Shown here one piece after another: positions 18,923 to 27,207 of a DNA stretch of 32,000 bases. The translations under genes were made by a program, and so were the position numbers. Source of the stretch: an uncultured Candidatus Saccharibacteria bacterium. GTDB taxonomy: Bacteria; Patescibacteriota; UBA1384; XYA2-FULL-43-10; 1-14-0-10-43-13. Position 1 is the first letter of the stretch. Each line of letters begins with the position of its first letter. Location: the NCBI GenBank assembly GCA_964543385.1, contig CAZIYE010000004.1, forward strand, positions 17,233-49,232. Direction: 5' to 3'. A model generated the notes under the pieces. That model was not told the origin of the DNA, ran no database searches, and saw only the letters and a list, made by a program, of their open reading frames with translations.

Positions 18923-19669
18923 ATGAAATTAAATAAAAGATTAATATTGAAAAATTGGCGTGCTTATCTACTAGTCTTGTTTCTGCTTTTAGTTCTCGGT
19001 ACAAGAGGCGTTATCTACGCTAAAGATTTTAAAAATGCAAAACAGATAATCAGTAAAAATGAAGAAACTGCTGCAATCGCAACAGCAGCTGCCCCAGACA
19101 CAGCAAAGGAACTGGAACTCCCAGTCGAAATTCCGGTAGAGACTCCGAAGGCAGAAGTAGTATCTCCGCCAGCCACGAAAAAGACGACTACGTCGAGCAC
19201 TCCTGCCCCAACCCGCCGGCAAGCAACACCACTTAAAAATAATGTTGCACCATCAACTCCTACACCAGTGACAGCTCCTGTCCCAAAAGATGTTAATTTT
19301 TCTGTCAGTCAAATTATTGCACTTATAAACAATGAAAGAGCCAGGAATGGACTGCAACCAGTAATTGAAAATGGTCTTTTAAATCAAGCCGCCTATCTTA
19401 AGACTAAAGATATGTCAGACAATAATTATTTTGCTCATACTGCTCCAGATGGAACGGCTGATGTATATTTTGTAGAAAAAGTTGGCTACAAATACCAATC
19501 AATCGGATTCAATATAGCAAAGGGCGATTTCGGCAACTCTGCTGGTCTCGTACAAGCATGGATGGATAGTACGGGACATCGAGCAAATATTTTGGCAAAT
19601 TATGGCCAACAAATTGGGATCGGTATTTATGGTAAATACTACGTAATGATGATCGCAAAGGTGCTGTAA
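18923..19669 (+). CDS. Membrane-anchored/secreted CAP (SCP/PR1-like) domain protein
   Basis: N-terminal signal/TM segment, Pro/Thr-rich linker, then INNERARNGLQPVIENGLLNQAAYLKTKDMSDNNYFAHTAPDGT and GHRANILANYGQQIGIGIYG. Start taken as MKLNKRLIL (18923); ORF track start is 18890. Confidence 0.85.
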   Translation: MKLNKRLILKNWRAYLLVLFLLLVLGTRGVIYAKDFKNAKQIISKNEETAAIATAAAPDTAKELELPVEIPVETPKAEVVSPPATKKTTTSSTPAPTRRQATPLKNNVAPSTPTPVTAPVPKDVNFSVSQIIALINNERARNGLQPVIENGLLNQAAYLKTKDMSDNNYFAHTAPDGTADVYFVEKVGYKYQSIGFNIAKGDFGNSAGLVQAWMDSTGHRANILANYGQQIGIGIYGKYYVMMIAKVL

Positions 19670-19759
19670 TTGATTATAAGATAATTGTTATGCTCCGATA
19701 AAACTATCCTTTTTTTGCTACTTTTATTTCTTTCAAGCACAAAACTATTGTATTTTTCT

Positions 19760-19788
19760 TTGACACAATATTGATTTTGTGTTATACA
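19760..19788 (+). promoter_or_regulatory. Strong sigma70-like promoter with embedded inverted repeat
   Basis: TTGACA (19760-19765), exactly 17 nt, TATACA (19783-19788); inverted repeat ACACAA-N8-TTGTGT at 19763-19782. Confidence 0.7.
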
Positions 19789-19816
19789 TATGACATCCAA
19801 AAAGGAGGTTACCCCC

Positions 19817-20260
19817 ATGAGTATCTTTTCCTGTCCGACCCTCTGGATTGCCGTGATCGGTGCCCTTGGCGGCATCATTGCGCTGATCAAATCATTGGTG
19901 GCCAAATTTCGCAAGTCCAAAAGCAGCAATGCAACCCAGGACATAACAGTAGAGACAGAACAACTGTCACAGCAAGATATCGAGTATCTCATCCGGTGCC
20001 TGAATGATTCTTGCTATCGTGCGAGGATTCGCGCTGTCCATAACCTTGGCGAATTCAAAATCGCCTCATCATTACCAGCGCTGATAAAGCGAGCCGAAAA
20101 AGAAGACGATGAAGATGTCAAGGAAGAAATCGTCTACGCCTTGTCAAAAATCGCGACGCCAGAAGCAATCGAATATATCCGCGAAATGATTGAGGACGAT
20201 TGCGAAAATGTCCGCGAGGCTGCTGAAAGGTGCCTAAAAGCATTTACAGTAACCGCCTGA
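19817..20260 (+). CDS. Small membrane-anchored HEAT-repeat protein
   Basis: AAGGAGG Shine-Dalgarno just upstream; N-terminal TM; ARIRAVHNLGEFKIASSLPALIKRAEKEDDEDVKEEIVYALSKIATPEAIEYIREMIEDDCENVREAAERCL HEAT-like repeats. Start MSIFSCPTLW rather than 19790. Confidence 0.75.
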   Translation: MSIFSCPTLWIAVIGALGGIIALIKSLVAKFRKSKSSNATQDITVETEQLSQQDIEYLIRCLNDSCYRARIRAVHNLGEFKIASSLPALIKRAEKEDDEDVKEEIVYALSKIATPEAIEYIREMIEDDCENVREAAERCLKAFTVTA

Positions 20261-20265
20261 TCCTG

Positions 20266-20305
20266 CCCCTAGCACAGAAACTCGTGCGAGGGGTTTCTGT
20301 TTTTA
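20266..20305 (+). terminator. Rho-independent terminator with alternative pairings
   Basis: ACAGAAA-CTCG-TG-CGAG-GGG-TTTCTGT followed by TTTTT; alternative CCCCTAGCAC/GTGCGAGGGG pairing (one mismatch). Confidence 0.75.
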
Positions 20306-20309
20306 ATGG

Positions 20310-20528
20310 CTATTTTTTGATTCTAAATATTATCTTTTTGTCGCTCTTAGCTGACTCCCCTGTTTCCAATTTCCGTGGGGACATAGCTCGAACTTTTTTT
20401 AGATCTATTATTTTGCCATCTTCGAGTATTACTTTGCCACTTTTGTGATCGGAAAACTTTCCGGTCATGGTCTGGCCGTCTTTAAAAATAATAAATATCG
20501 TAGTACCTTTTGAAAAACTAGTATGCAT
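20310..20528 (-). CDS. Small hypothetical protein (72 aa)
   Basis: Co-directional with and adjacent to the downstream operon; FKDGQTMTGKFSDHKSGKVILEDGKIIDLKKVRAMSP has a plausible small beta-rich fold pattern. Confidence 0.5.
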   Translation of the reverse strand: MHTSFSKGTTIFIIFKDGQTMTGKFSDHKSGKVILEDGKIIDLKKVRAMSPRKLETGESAKSDKKIIFRIKK

Positions 20529-20534
20529 ATTCGG

Positions 20535-21404
20535 TTATATTTTTGTCCTCTCCGCATATATACCGCCAGAAATTACCAATAATCCTCCGATCAATTGAAT
20601 AATAGTAATAGTCTCTCCTAGCAAAATAAAAGCCATCAGAGCGACAAAGACTGGTGTTGTAGAGTAAATCATCGATAGAAAAGATGCGGTGCAATATTTA
20701 TAAGCCTTAAACCTCACTGTCGCAGAGAGGATGCCAAAAAAGCTTAACAAGAGAAGAAGCCAAAGGGTATGCGGTATCGCAAATGACTTGGTCATAAAGG
20801 TCACTGCCACAACAGGCAGAAGTCCGAAAAGGAAGCTTCCCGAAGCGCTCAGCCCAGGACTCATGGTTTTTGCGGCAATTTTACCAAGTATTGTATTTCC
20901 AAAAGCGATTAAAGCAGCATTAAATAGAGTTAAGCCATCACCAATGCTTAGGCTTATGACTTTTCCACCGGTGGCGACAAGATATGCCCCTGTGAGTATC
21001 AACACCACAAGGATTATTTTTTTAAACGTAATCTTCTCTTTTAAGAAAATAGCAGCAAAACCGACAGTAAAAATCATCACTGATCTAATTAGAAATGAAT
21101 AGTTGATAGCTTGAGAATATTTGAGGGCATAGAATTCAACCATTGTTGCTAGAAGTGTTGCAATAATTCCAATTGATATAAGGATTAGATAATCCTTCTT
21201 GCTTGCTTTTTTGGCTTCTTCTTTTTTAGTAATAAATCTTCCAATCCAGAATGGCAATGAGATTATAGTTATCCAAAACATTATGTTTACTGGGTTCTCA
21301 CCAGCCCTAAGAATATATTTCGTTATTATAATGTTGACCGCCCATAAAAAAGCAGCCGATAAAGCTAGGATTGTGCCAGTTCTGAATTTAGATTCTTTAC
21401 TCAT
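20535..21404 (-). CDS. EamA/DMT family transporter
   Basis: Ten predicted hydrophobic helices; AAFLWAVNIIITKYIL and later TPVFVALMAFILLGETITIIQLIGGLLVISG typical of EamA repeats. Confidence 0.88.
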   Translation of the reverse strand: MSKESKFRTGTILALSAAFLWAVNIIITKYILRAGENPVNIMFWITIISLPFWIGRFITKKEEAKKASKKDYLILISIGIIATLLATMVEFYALKYSQAINYSFLIRSVMIFTVGFAAIFLKEKITFKKIILVVLILTGAYLVATGGKVISLSIGDGLTLFNAALIAFGNTILGKIAAKTMSPGLSASGSFLFGLLPVVAVTFMTKSFAIPHTLWLLLLLSFFGILSATVRFKAYKYCTASFLSMIYSTTPVFVALMAFILLGETITIIQLIGGLLVISGGIYAERTKI

Positions 21405-23187
21405 TCCTTAGGACTTTTATAAAAACATCACTTGGTATTTCTACTTTACCAATCGATTTCATTTTTTTCTTACCCTTTTTTTGTTTATCTAAAAGCTTGT
21501 TTTTTCGAGTAATATCACCGCCATAAAGACCGATTGTTACATCTTTTCGAAAAGGCGAAATCCGTTCAGATCCGATGATCTTAGCACCGACTGAGGCCTG
21601 TATTTTTATTTCAAAATTTTGTCTAGGAATCAGTTCTTTTAAACGCTCAACTATTCTTTTTCCTTCGGAAAAAGTTTTACTTTTATGAGTAATGAAACTT
21701 AGTGCATCTACTCTCTCGAGGTTTATCAAGATATCTACACGCTCCAACTCTGCCGCACGATAGTCAATCATTTCATAACTCATAGAGGCATAGCCTTTGG
21801 AAACACTTTTGAGAGAATCATAGAGGTCAATGATGACTTCTGCTAATGGCACCTCATATCGAATTATTGCCCGAAGCTCATCAAGATATTCTAAATTTTT
21901 GAATACTGCTCTCTTTTTTTGAACAAGATCCATTAAATTACCTACGTAATCCTTAGGGGTAAATACTTCTAGTGAGACCCATGGTTCGCTAATTTCCCGA
22001 TAACAACTACGTTCCGGAAGATCACCGGGTTTTTCGAGCTCTGATTTTTCGCCAGAATTTAAGGTAAGAAAATATCGAACAGACGGGCTAGAAACTACAA
22101 GACCAAGATTGTATTCTCTTTCGAGTCGCTCTTTGACAATATCCATGTGCAAGAGCCCCAAGAAACCACAGCGAAAGCCGAAACCAAGTGCGTCAGATCG
22201 TTCAGTTTCATAGGTCAGAGAAGAATCATTTAGCTTAAGTTTTTCTATCGCCACCTTCAGTTCAGGATAGTCATCACCTTCCGTGCAATAAATAGAAGCA
22301 AAAACCGATGGTTGAATTCGTTTGTATCCAGGCAGGGGATAGATAGCAGGATTTTCTTTTAAAGTAATAGTATCGCCAACATGAGCCTCAGCAACTGATT
22401 TAAATCCAGTAACAATGTAGCCGATTTCGCCATCAGATAGGGGAGTGCAAGGAGAATATTTTGGTTTGAAATATCCGACCTCTATCGCCTCTCCCTCACT
22501 CTTTGTTTCCATCAAGAAAAATTTACTGCCTCTTTGGAGTTTGCCATCTATAACCCTGACATAGGCGACTACTCCGCGATAGGGATCGTAAACTGAGTCG
22601 AATATTAATGCCTTAGTTGGACTACTCGCCTCTCCTTTTGGTACGGGTATTTTTTCTACAATTTTATCGAGGATTTCTGCAACGCCCTGACCTGTTTTAC
22701 CAGAAGCCAAAAGGATATCCTCTTTTTTACAACCCAATATCTTGATAATTTCCTCAGAAACTTCATCTGGTCTTGCAGCTGGCAGATCAATTTTGTTTAG
22801 AACAGGAATGATATCGAGGTTATTTTCAATAGCTGAATAAAGCACGCTCAGAGTTTGTGCTTCCACTCCTTGCGAAGCGTCGACTAGCAAAATTGCCCCT
22901 TCGACAGCCGCGAGAGAGCGAGATACTTCGTATTGAAAATCGACGTGCCCCGGAGTATCAATCAAATTTAGGATTGTCCCCTTCCAATCCATTCTTACAG
23001 GGGCAAGCTTGATAGTAATGCCGCGTTCACGTTCGATATCCATCTGATCAAGAAGCTGCTCCTTCATTTCGCGCTTTTGGATAGTACCGGTAATTTCAAG
23101 CATTCGGTCAGCCAAAGTCGACTTACCGTGATCAATATGAGCAATAATACAGAAATTTCTGATATTTTTGTGGTTTTTTTCTTCCAT
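21397..23187 (-). CDS. lepA: Translation elongation factor 4 (LepA)
   Basis: IRNFCIIAHIDHGKSTLADRMLEITG, DTPGHVDFQYEVSRSLAAVEGAILLVDASQGVEAQT, GFRCGFLGLLHMDIV; C-terminal KKMKSIGKVEIPSDVFIKVL. Start probably MEEKNHK. Confidence 0.97.
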   Translation of the reverse strand: MEEKNHKNIRNFCIIAHIDHGKSTLADRMLEITGTIQKREMKEQLLDQMDIERERGITIKLAPVRMDWKGTILNLIDTPGHVDFQYEVSRSLAAVEGAILLVDASQGVEAQTLSVLYSAIENNLDIIPVLNKIDLPAARPDEVSEEIIKILGCKKEDILLASGKTGQGVAEILDKIVEKIPVPKGEASSPTKALIFDSVYDPYRGVVAYVRVIDGKLQRGSKFFLMETKSEGEAIEVGYFKPKYSPCTPLSDGEIGYIVTGFKSVAEAHVGDTITLKENPAIYPLPGYKRIQPSVFASIYCTEGDDYPELKVAIEKLKLNDSSLTYETERSDALGFGFRCGFLGLLHMDIVKERLEREYNLGLVVSSPSVRYFLTLNSGEKSELEKPGDLPERSCYREISEPWVSLEVFTPKDYVGNLMDLVQKKRAVFKNLEYLDELRAIIRYEVPLAEVIIDLYDSLKSVSKGYASMSYEMIDYRAAELERVDILINLERVDALSFITHKSKTFSEGKRIVERLKELIPRQNFEIKIQASVGAKIIGSERISPFRKDVTIGLYGGDITRKNKLLDKQKKGKKKMKSIGKVEIPSDVFIKVLRNE

Positions 23188-23229
23188 GAGCAAATACTAT
23201 AGCAGATTTGAGTTCAAATAGCCACTTTA

Positions 23230-24051
23230 TCAATCAGCAAAAATACTTGCCCAGAAACCCTTGTGATCCTTCTTTTTGATTTCCTGCTTCAGAAAAATAA
23301 TTTGAGTCTTTGCATATTCATCTGAAATTTGCCTTATCTCCTGCAAACGATCGAAACTATACCAGTTGAAATTATCAACCGGCGGCGCAAACAGAAAATC
23401 ACAATGTTTTGCTTCCAAATCTGCTAGTTCTTTTTGCATAATATCAAGCGCACGAAGAACAGTAGAGAATCTATTCAATTTATTTTTACCATTTTCCTGC
23501 TTGTTTATCTTGCCGACTTTATATAAAGATGATCCAATGACGAAATCAGATTTCTTATTTTTTAAAAGTCCGGCTGGTAGATTTCTGGTAATTGCTCCAT
23601 CAACCAATAATTTTCCATTAATCTCCTGGGGGGCAAAAACACCAGGATAGGCCGCTGATGCCATAATTGCATCAACTAAATTGCCAGACTTCAAAACAAC
23701 CATCTCACCATTTAGCATATCGCTCGCTACACAGGAAAAATCGATATCTAAATCATAAAACTTTTTTGCCTTAAGCGTTTTATCCAAGCTTTGTCTTACT
23801 TGAGCAAATAGTTTATCAGGCAAAGCAAACTTTAGGCTCGCCTTAGTAAAAACACCAGCCTTTTCTAAATCATCAAGAAACAATTCAGTTGATTTAGTTC
23901 CACCATCGGCAAAAAGAGCCCCTATGATAGCTCCGGCAGAGCAACCAGAGATAGAGCTTATTTTTATATTATTTCTTTCAATCTCTTTTAAGATGCTAAT
24001 GTGAGCAGCGCCCAAGACACCACCACCAGATAAAGCTAAACAAATTTTCAT
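23230..24051 (-). CDS. Patatin-like phospholipase (RssA-type)
   Basis: LALSGGGVLGAAHISILKEIE oxyanion motif, GCSAGAIIGALFADG (GxSxG), and LLVDGAITRNLPAGLL containing the DG dyad motif. Start MKICLALSGG (24051) with upstream GGAGGAG. Confidence 0.92.
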   Translation of the reverse strand: MKICLALSGGGVLGAAHISILKEIERNNIKISSISGCSAGAIIGALFADGGTKSTELFLDDLEKAGVFTKASLKFALPDKLFAQVRQSLDKTLKAKKFYDLDIDFSCVASDMLNGEMVVLKSGNLVDAIMASAAYPGVFAPQEINGKLLVDGAITRNLPAGLLKNKKSDFVIGSSLYKVGKINKQENGKNKLNRFSTVLRALDIMQKELADLEAKHCDFLFAPPVDNFNWYSFDRLQEIRQISDEYAKTQIIFLKQEIKKKDHKGFWASIFAD

Positions 24052-24884
24052 TTCTCCTCCATACTTCTCAATGTTTTCAACTGCTCCGCCCAACTTAAAT
24101 TATCCTGTGGTGTTTCTAAAATACCAAATTTGTCTTTCAATTCTGGATGATTTATTATCCATCTAAACATCTCCAATCCGATCTCGCCGCTACCGATATC
24201 TGCATGACGATCTCTTTTCGAATTAATTGGCGTTTTAGAATCATTTAAATGGAATCCTACCAGTTTGTCTAAGCCAATTTCTTTTTCAAATTTAGCTATA
24301 AAATCATCAAGACCAGTTTTAGTATTTATACCATAGCCAGATTCAAAAGCATGTGCTGTATCCACCAAGACTTTGACCCTGGGTGAATTCACACTTTGTA
24401 TGATTTTACCGATTTCTTCGATAGTATCACCGATAATATTGCCTGCTCCGGCAGCATTTTCGATAATAAAAAAGGTTTCTTCTTCAGTTGCTGATAGAAT
24501 ATCTTTTATTGCTAAAGTCACTTTTGTCAGAACCTCATCAAAATCACGACCCTTTGTCGAGCCAAGATGCGTATTAACACCGAGGGCGCCAAGACTCTTT
24601 GCTTTTTTCATATCATCTATGAGCGATTTAATTGATTGCTCATAGAAAAAAGGATTTTCGCTAGCTAGATTAATCAGATAGATACTATGAATAATGATCG
24701 GTAGAATATTCGCTTTTTCATTTAGGCTATTGAATCTTGATATTTCCATCTCGGTAATTGCGACAGGATTCCATCGTTGTGGAGCATTAGCAAAAATTTG
24801 CATGCAATCGCAACCAATCTCCTGAGCTCGAAGCACAGAATCAGAGAAAGGTTTCGCTACTGAGATGTGGGCGCCGAATTTCAT
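24048..24884 (-). CDS. nfo: Deoxyribonuclease IV / endonuclease IV (AP endonuclease)
   Basis: FGAHISVAKPF, GVNTHLGS, VLVDTAHAFESGYGI, GFHLNDSKTPINSKRDRHADIGSGEIG. Confidence 0.95.
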   Translation of the reverse strand: MKFGAHISVAKPFSDSVLRAQEIGCDCMQIFANAPQRWNPVAITEMEISRFNSLNEKANILPIIIHSIYLINLASENPFFYEQSIKSLIDDMKKAKSLGALGVNTHLGSTKGRDFDEVLTKVTLAIKDILSATEEETFFIIENAAGAGNIIGDTIEEIGKIIQSVNSPRVKVLVDTAHAFESGYGINTKTGLDDFIAKFEKEIGLDKLVGFHLNDSKTPINSKRDRHADIGSGEIGLEMFRWIINHPELKDKFGILETPQDNLSWAEQLKTLRSMEEK

Positions 24885-24909
24885 AGTTTTATTTCGATTA
24901 ATTAAATCA

Positions 24910-25527
24910 CTAAAATCTGCCGAATTCTACTGCTAAAGATTCTAAATTCAGTATAGCATAAAAGCCACGATCAGCCGGAGCGAGCTTGATAATCTTTGTT
25001 TCGCCTAAATATGTGCATCCCCACTGGCTATGAACATGCCCACAGATATGGATTATTGGGGAATCAGAAAATTTTTTATTTGAGGTAGGGGATTGGCAAT
25101 CATTTCTTTGATAATTATGAACACCTGGGGGCGGCACATGGGAGATAAAGATACTGCCAGCAATACTTTTCCGATCAATCATGCTCTCGCCAGCATATTG
25201 CCCAGACCACGAGGCAGGGGACCCCCCTACTCCGGTAAAATTACGGCCTCCAAAATTTACAACTTTGCCCTCAAGTGTTTTGAATACATTATCAAGTTTA
25301 TAATAGCCACGACCGAAATCATTATTACCAGGCACCCAAAGAAAATTAAGCTTAGTATTTTTTACAACTTCAATAAATTTTTGCACAAAACCGACTGGCT
25401 CCCCCATATTTATTAGATCGCCAGCAAAGATAATTAGCCCAATTTCTTTATTATTGTTTAGATATTTGCCAATGTTATCGAGCTCACGGTAATTTGCATG
25501 AAGATCAGAGAATAGAAAAGCCTTCAT
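24910..25527 (-). CDS. Metallophosphoesterase (calcineurin-like)
   Basis: FSDLHANYREL, FAGDLINMG, VPGNNDFG, ICGHVHSQWG metal-binding motifs. Confidence 0.92.
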   Translation of the reverse strand: MKAFLFSDLHANYRELDNIGKYLNNNKEIGLIIFAGDLINMGEPVGFVQKFIEVVKNTKLNFLWVPGNNDFGRGYYKLDNVFKTLEGKVVNFGGRNFTGVGGSPASWSGQYAGESMIDRKSIAGSIFISHVPPPGVHNYQRNDCQSPTSNKKFSDSPIIHICGHVHSQWGCTYLGETKIIKLAPADRGFYAILNLESLAVEFGRF

Positions 25528-25528
25528 A

Positions 25529-26119
25529 TTAACTCTCGATTTCGATGATCATATAACCGACAAGAGTTCTTACATCTCTTACTTTTAATTTATCCAGATC
25601 AGAGAAAGAATTACTATAAAATAGACTATTCATCTTCGGTGATAAAGTATCGGCGATCTTTGGGGGGGCTACAACTCCAGCTGCCTTTATTTCTTTGAGG
25701 TTAAATAGAATTTTTCCGTTATTACTGATTGGGACAAACAGCACATCAACTGGGACACCCCAAAAACCGTTAGCCGTTTTCCCAGAAATAATAATTCCCT
25801 CTGATTTTATTTTAAGAGTTGGGCTTTTCAACGGAAAATCCGAACGAGATATGCCAATTGTCTTCGATAATTCTTCTTCTGATATCTTTATCTCAATTGT
25901 TTTTAATTCTCCAGACTTTGCTTTTTCGCCATTAAATAGATCGGCGAAAGATACCCCCTTAGGTATGTTTTTGATATAAAAGCCATTAAGGGGTGACCAG
26001 CTACTAAACCTAAGGTAAAATAACATGCCGACAATTAGAACAAAAATAGAACCTAAGAATATAAATACAGCTGTTAGGGTTATGCCCTCCTTGTGAGGCG
26101 CTATGTCATTATGTTTCAT
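25529..26119 (-). CDS. Hypothetical single-pass membrane protein
   Basis: TM segment near residues 15-35 followed by an extracellular-type domain of unknown family. Confidence 0.6.
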   Translation of the reverse strand: MKHNDIAPHKEGITLTAVFIFLGSIFVLIVGMLFYLRFSSWSPLNGFYIKNIPKGVSFADLFNGEKAKSGELKTIEIKISEEELSKTIGISRSDFPLKSPTLKIKSEGIIISGKTANGFWGVPVDVLFVPISNNGKILFNLKEIKAAGVVAPPKIADTLSPKMNSLFYSNSFSDLDKLKVRDVRTLVGYMIIEIES

Positions 26120-26133
26120 CTTCCCTCCGTTAT

Positions 26134-27207
26134 TTATTCATTCGCCTCTTCTAATATTCTTTGATATATAGGGTCTTTCCCGCATCCACCGGCTATAACT
26201 TCGCATAAGCCTAGGTGAAAATCATGATTACCTTCGATTAGAATAGGACCTTCCTTAGTAATTGCGATATCCCAGCCAGCTAATTTTACTGGAAGGATCT
26301 CAACAGTATCCCTAACTAGTTGTTTTACCTCTTCATAAAGAGGAATTTGGAAACCGTCAAAAACAAATTTTGTCTCAGGATGCTCTGTAAATATTTTACC
26401 GCCGGAATCTAATAGCTGAAGGGCTAACTTATTTAATTTTCCAGTTTCCAAGTCAAATCCAACCGAACCACCTCCGGCACAACCGTTGTCAACGCAACTC
26501 TTTCCACTACCAAAGCGAAAATATCCACCGATAAATTTTACTTCACTCTGATCATAATAAGAAACCAGCCTGACAGTGTTCACACTACCCGGAAAGACCT
26601 TTGCCAAGTCTGGATGCTGTACAATACATTTTTGAAAAACAAAGTTTGCTTTGCCAAGAATATTGAAGAAGTTAGAATCGCCTGTAAGATCTGACAGATT
26701 AATACGGTGGTGATTTCCTCCGCCGGACCCGTGTATCGGCTTAATAAATACCTCCGAAATGCCATCTTTAAAAATATTTTTCTTAAAGAAAGCAACTAAA
26801 TCATCTTGATTTCTAATCTTTGCTACTGTATTTCCAGAATAAAAAATATTTTGCATATTGAACCCAAGCATTTTTGGCGTTGCTACTTTCTTGCCATCAA
26901 AAAAATAGCTAAATAGTAGTTTATTCTCCAATATTTCTTCGACGCAAGGATTATGTATTTTTCTTGAACGATGAATCTTCGAAACGTTTTTATATGTCGA
27001 GATATAATCATTAATATTTTTGACGCCCTGTCGGTATAAAAAACGAGTAAAATAATATTTTGGCAGCTCACCATTTTTAAAGCCTAGATAAATAGCTTCC
27101 AAAATTATTCGGCAGATACTTTTACGCTCTGAATCACTTAAAACGCTTCTGATAATATTTGATTGACTATGATTGCTCATCTTATTCTTTATTGTTAGAC
27201 TCACCAT
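26134..27207 (-). CDS. Sugar-transfer-associated ATP-grasp / alpha-L-glutamate ligase-like protein
   Basis: FIKPIHGSGGGNHHR, NTVRLVSYY, GGYFRFGSGKSCVDNGCAGGG, AGWDIAITKEGPILIEGNHDFHLGLCEV. Confidence 0.82.
   Translation of the reverse strand: MVSLTIKNKMSNHSQSNIIRSVLSDSERKSICRIILEAIYLGFKNGELPKYYFTRFLYRQGVKNINDYISTYKNVSKIHRSRKIHNPCVEEILENKLLFSYFFDGKKVATPKMLGFNMQNIFYSGNTVAKIRNQDDLVAFFKKNIFKDGISEVFIKPIHGSGGGNHHRINLSDLTGDSNFFNILGKANFVFQKCIVQHPDLAKVFPGSVNTVRLVSYYDQSEVKFIGGYFRFGSGKSCVDNGCAGGGSVGFDLETGKLNKLALQLLDSGGKIFTEHPETKFVFDGFQIPLYEEVKQLVRDTVEILPVKLAGWDIAITKEGPILIEGNHDFHLGLCEVIAGGCGKDPIYQRILEEANE

Noticed and set aside
18989-19222. Antisense ORFs opposite the CAP-domain gene
   Set aside because: They arise from the biased composition of the Pro/Thr-rich linker; no SD or family motif.
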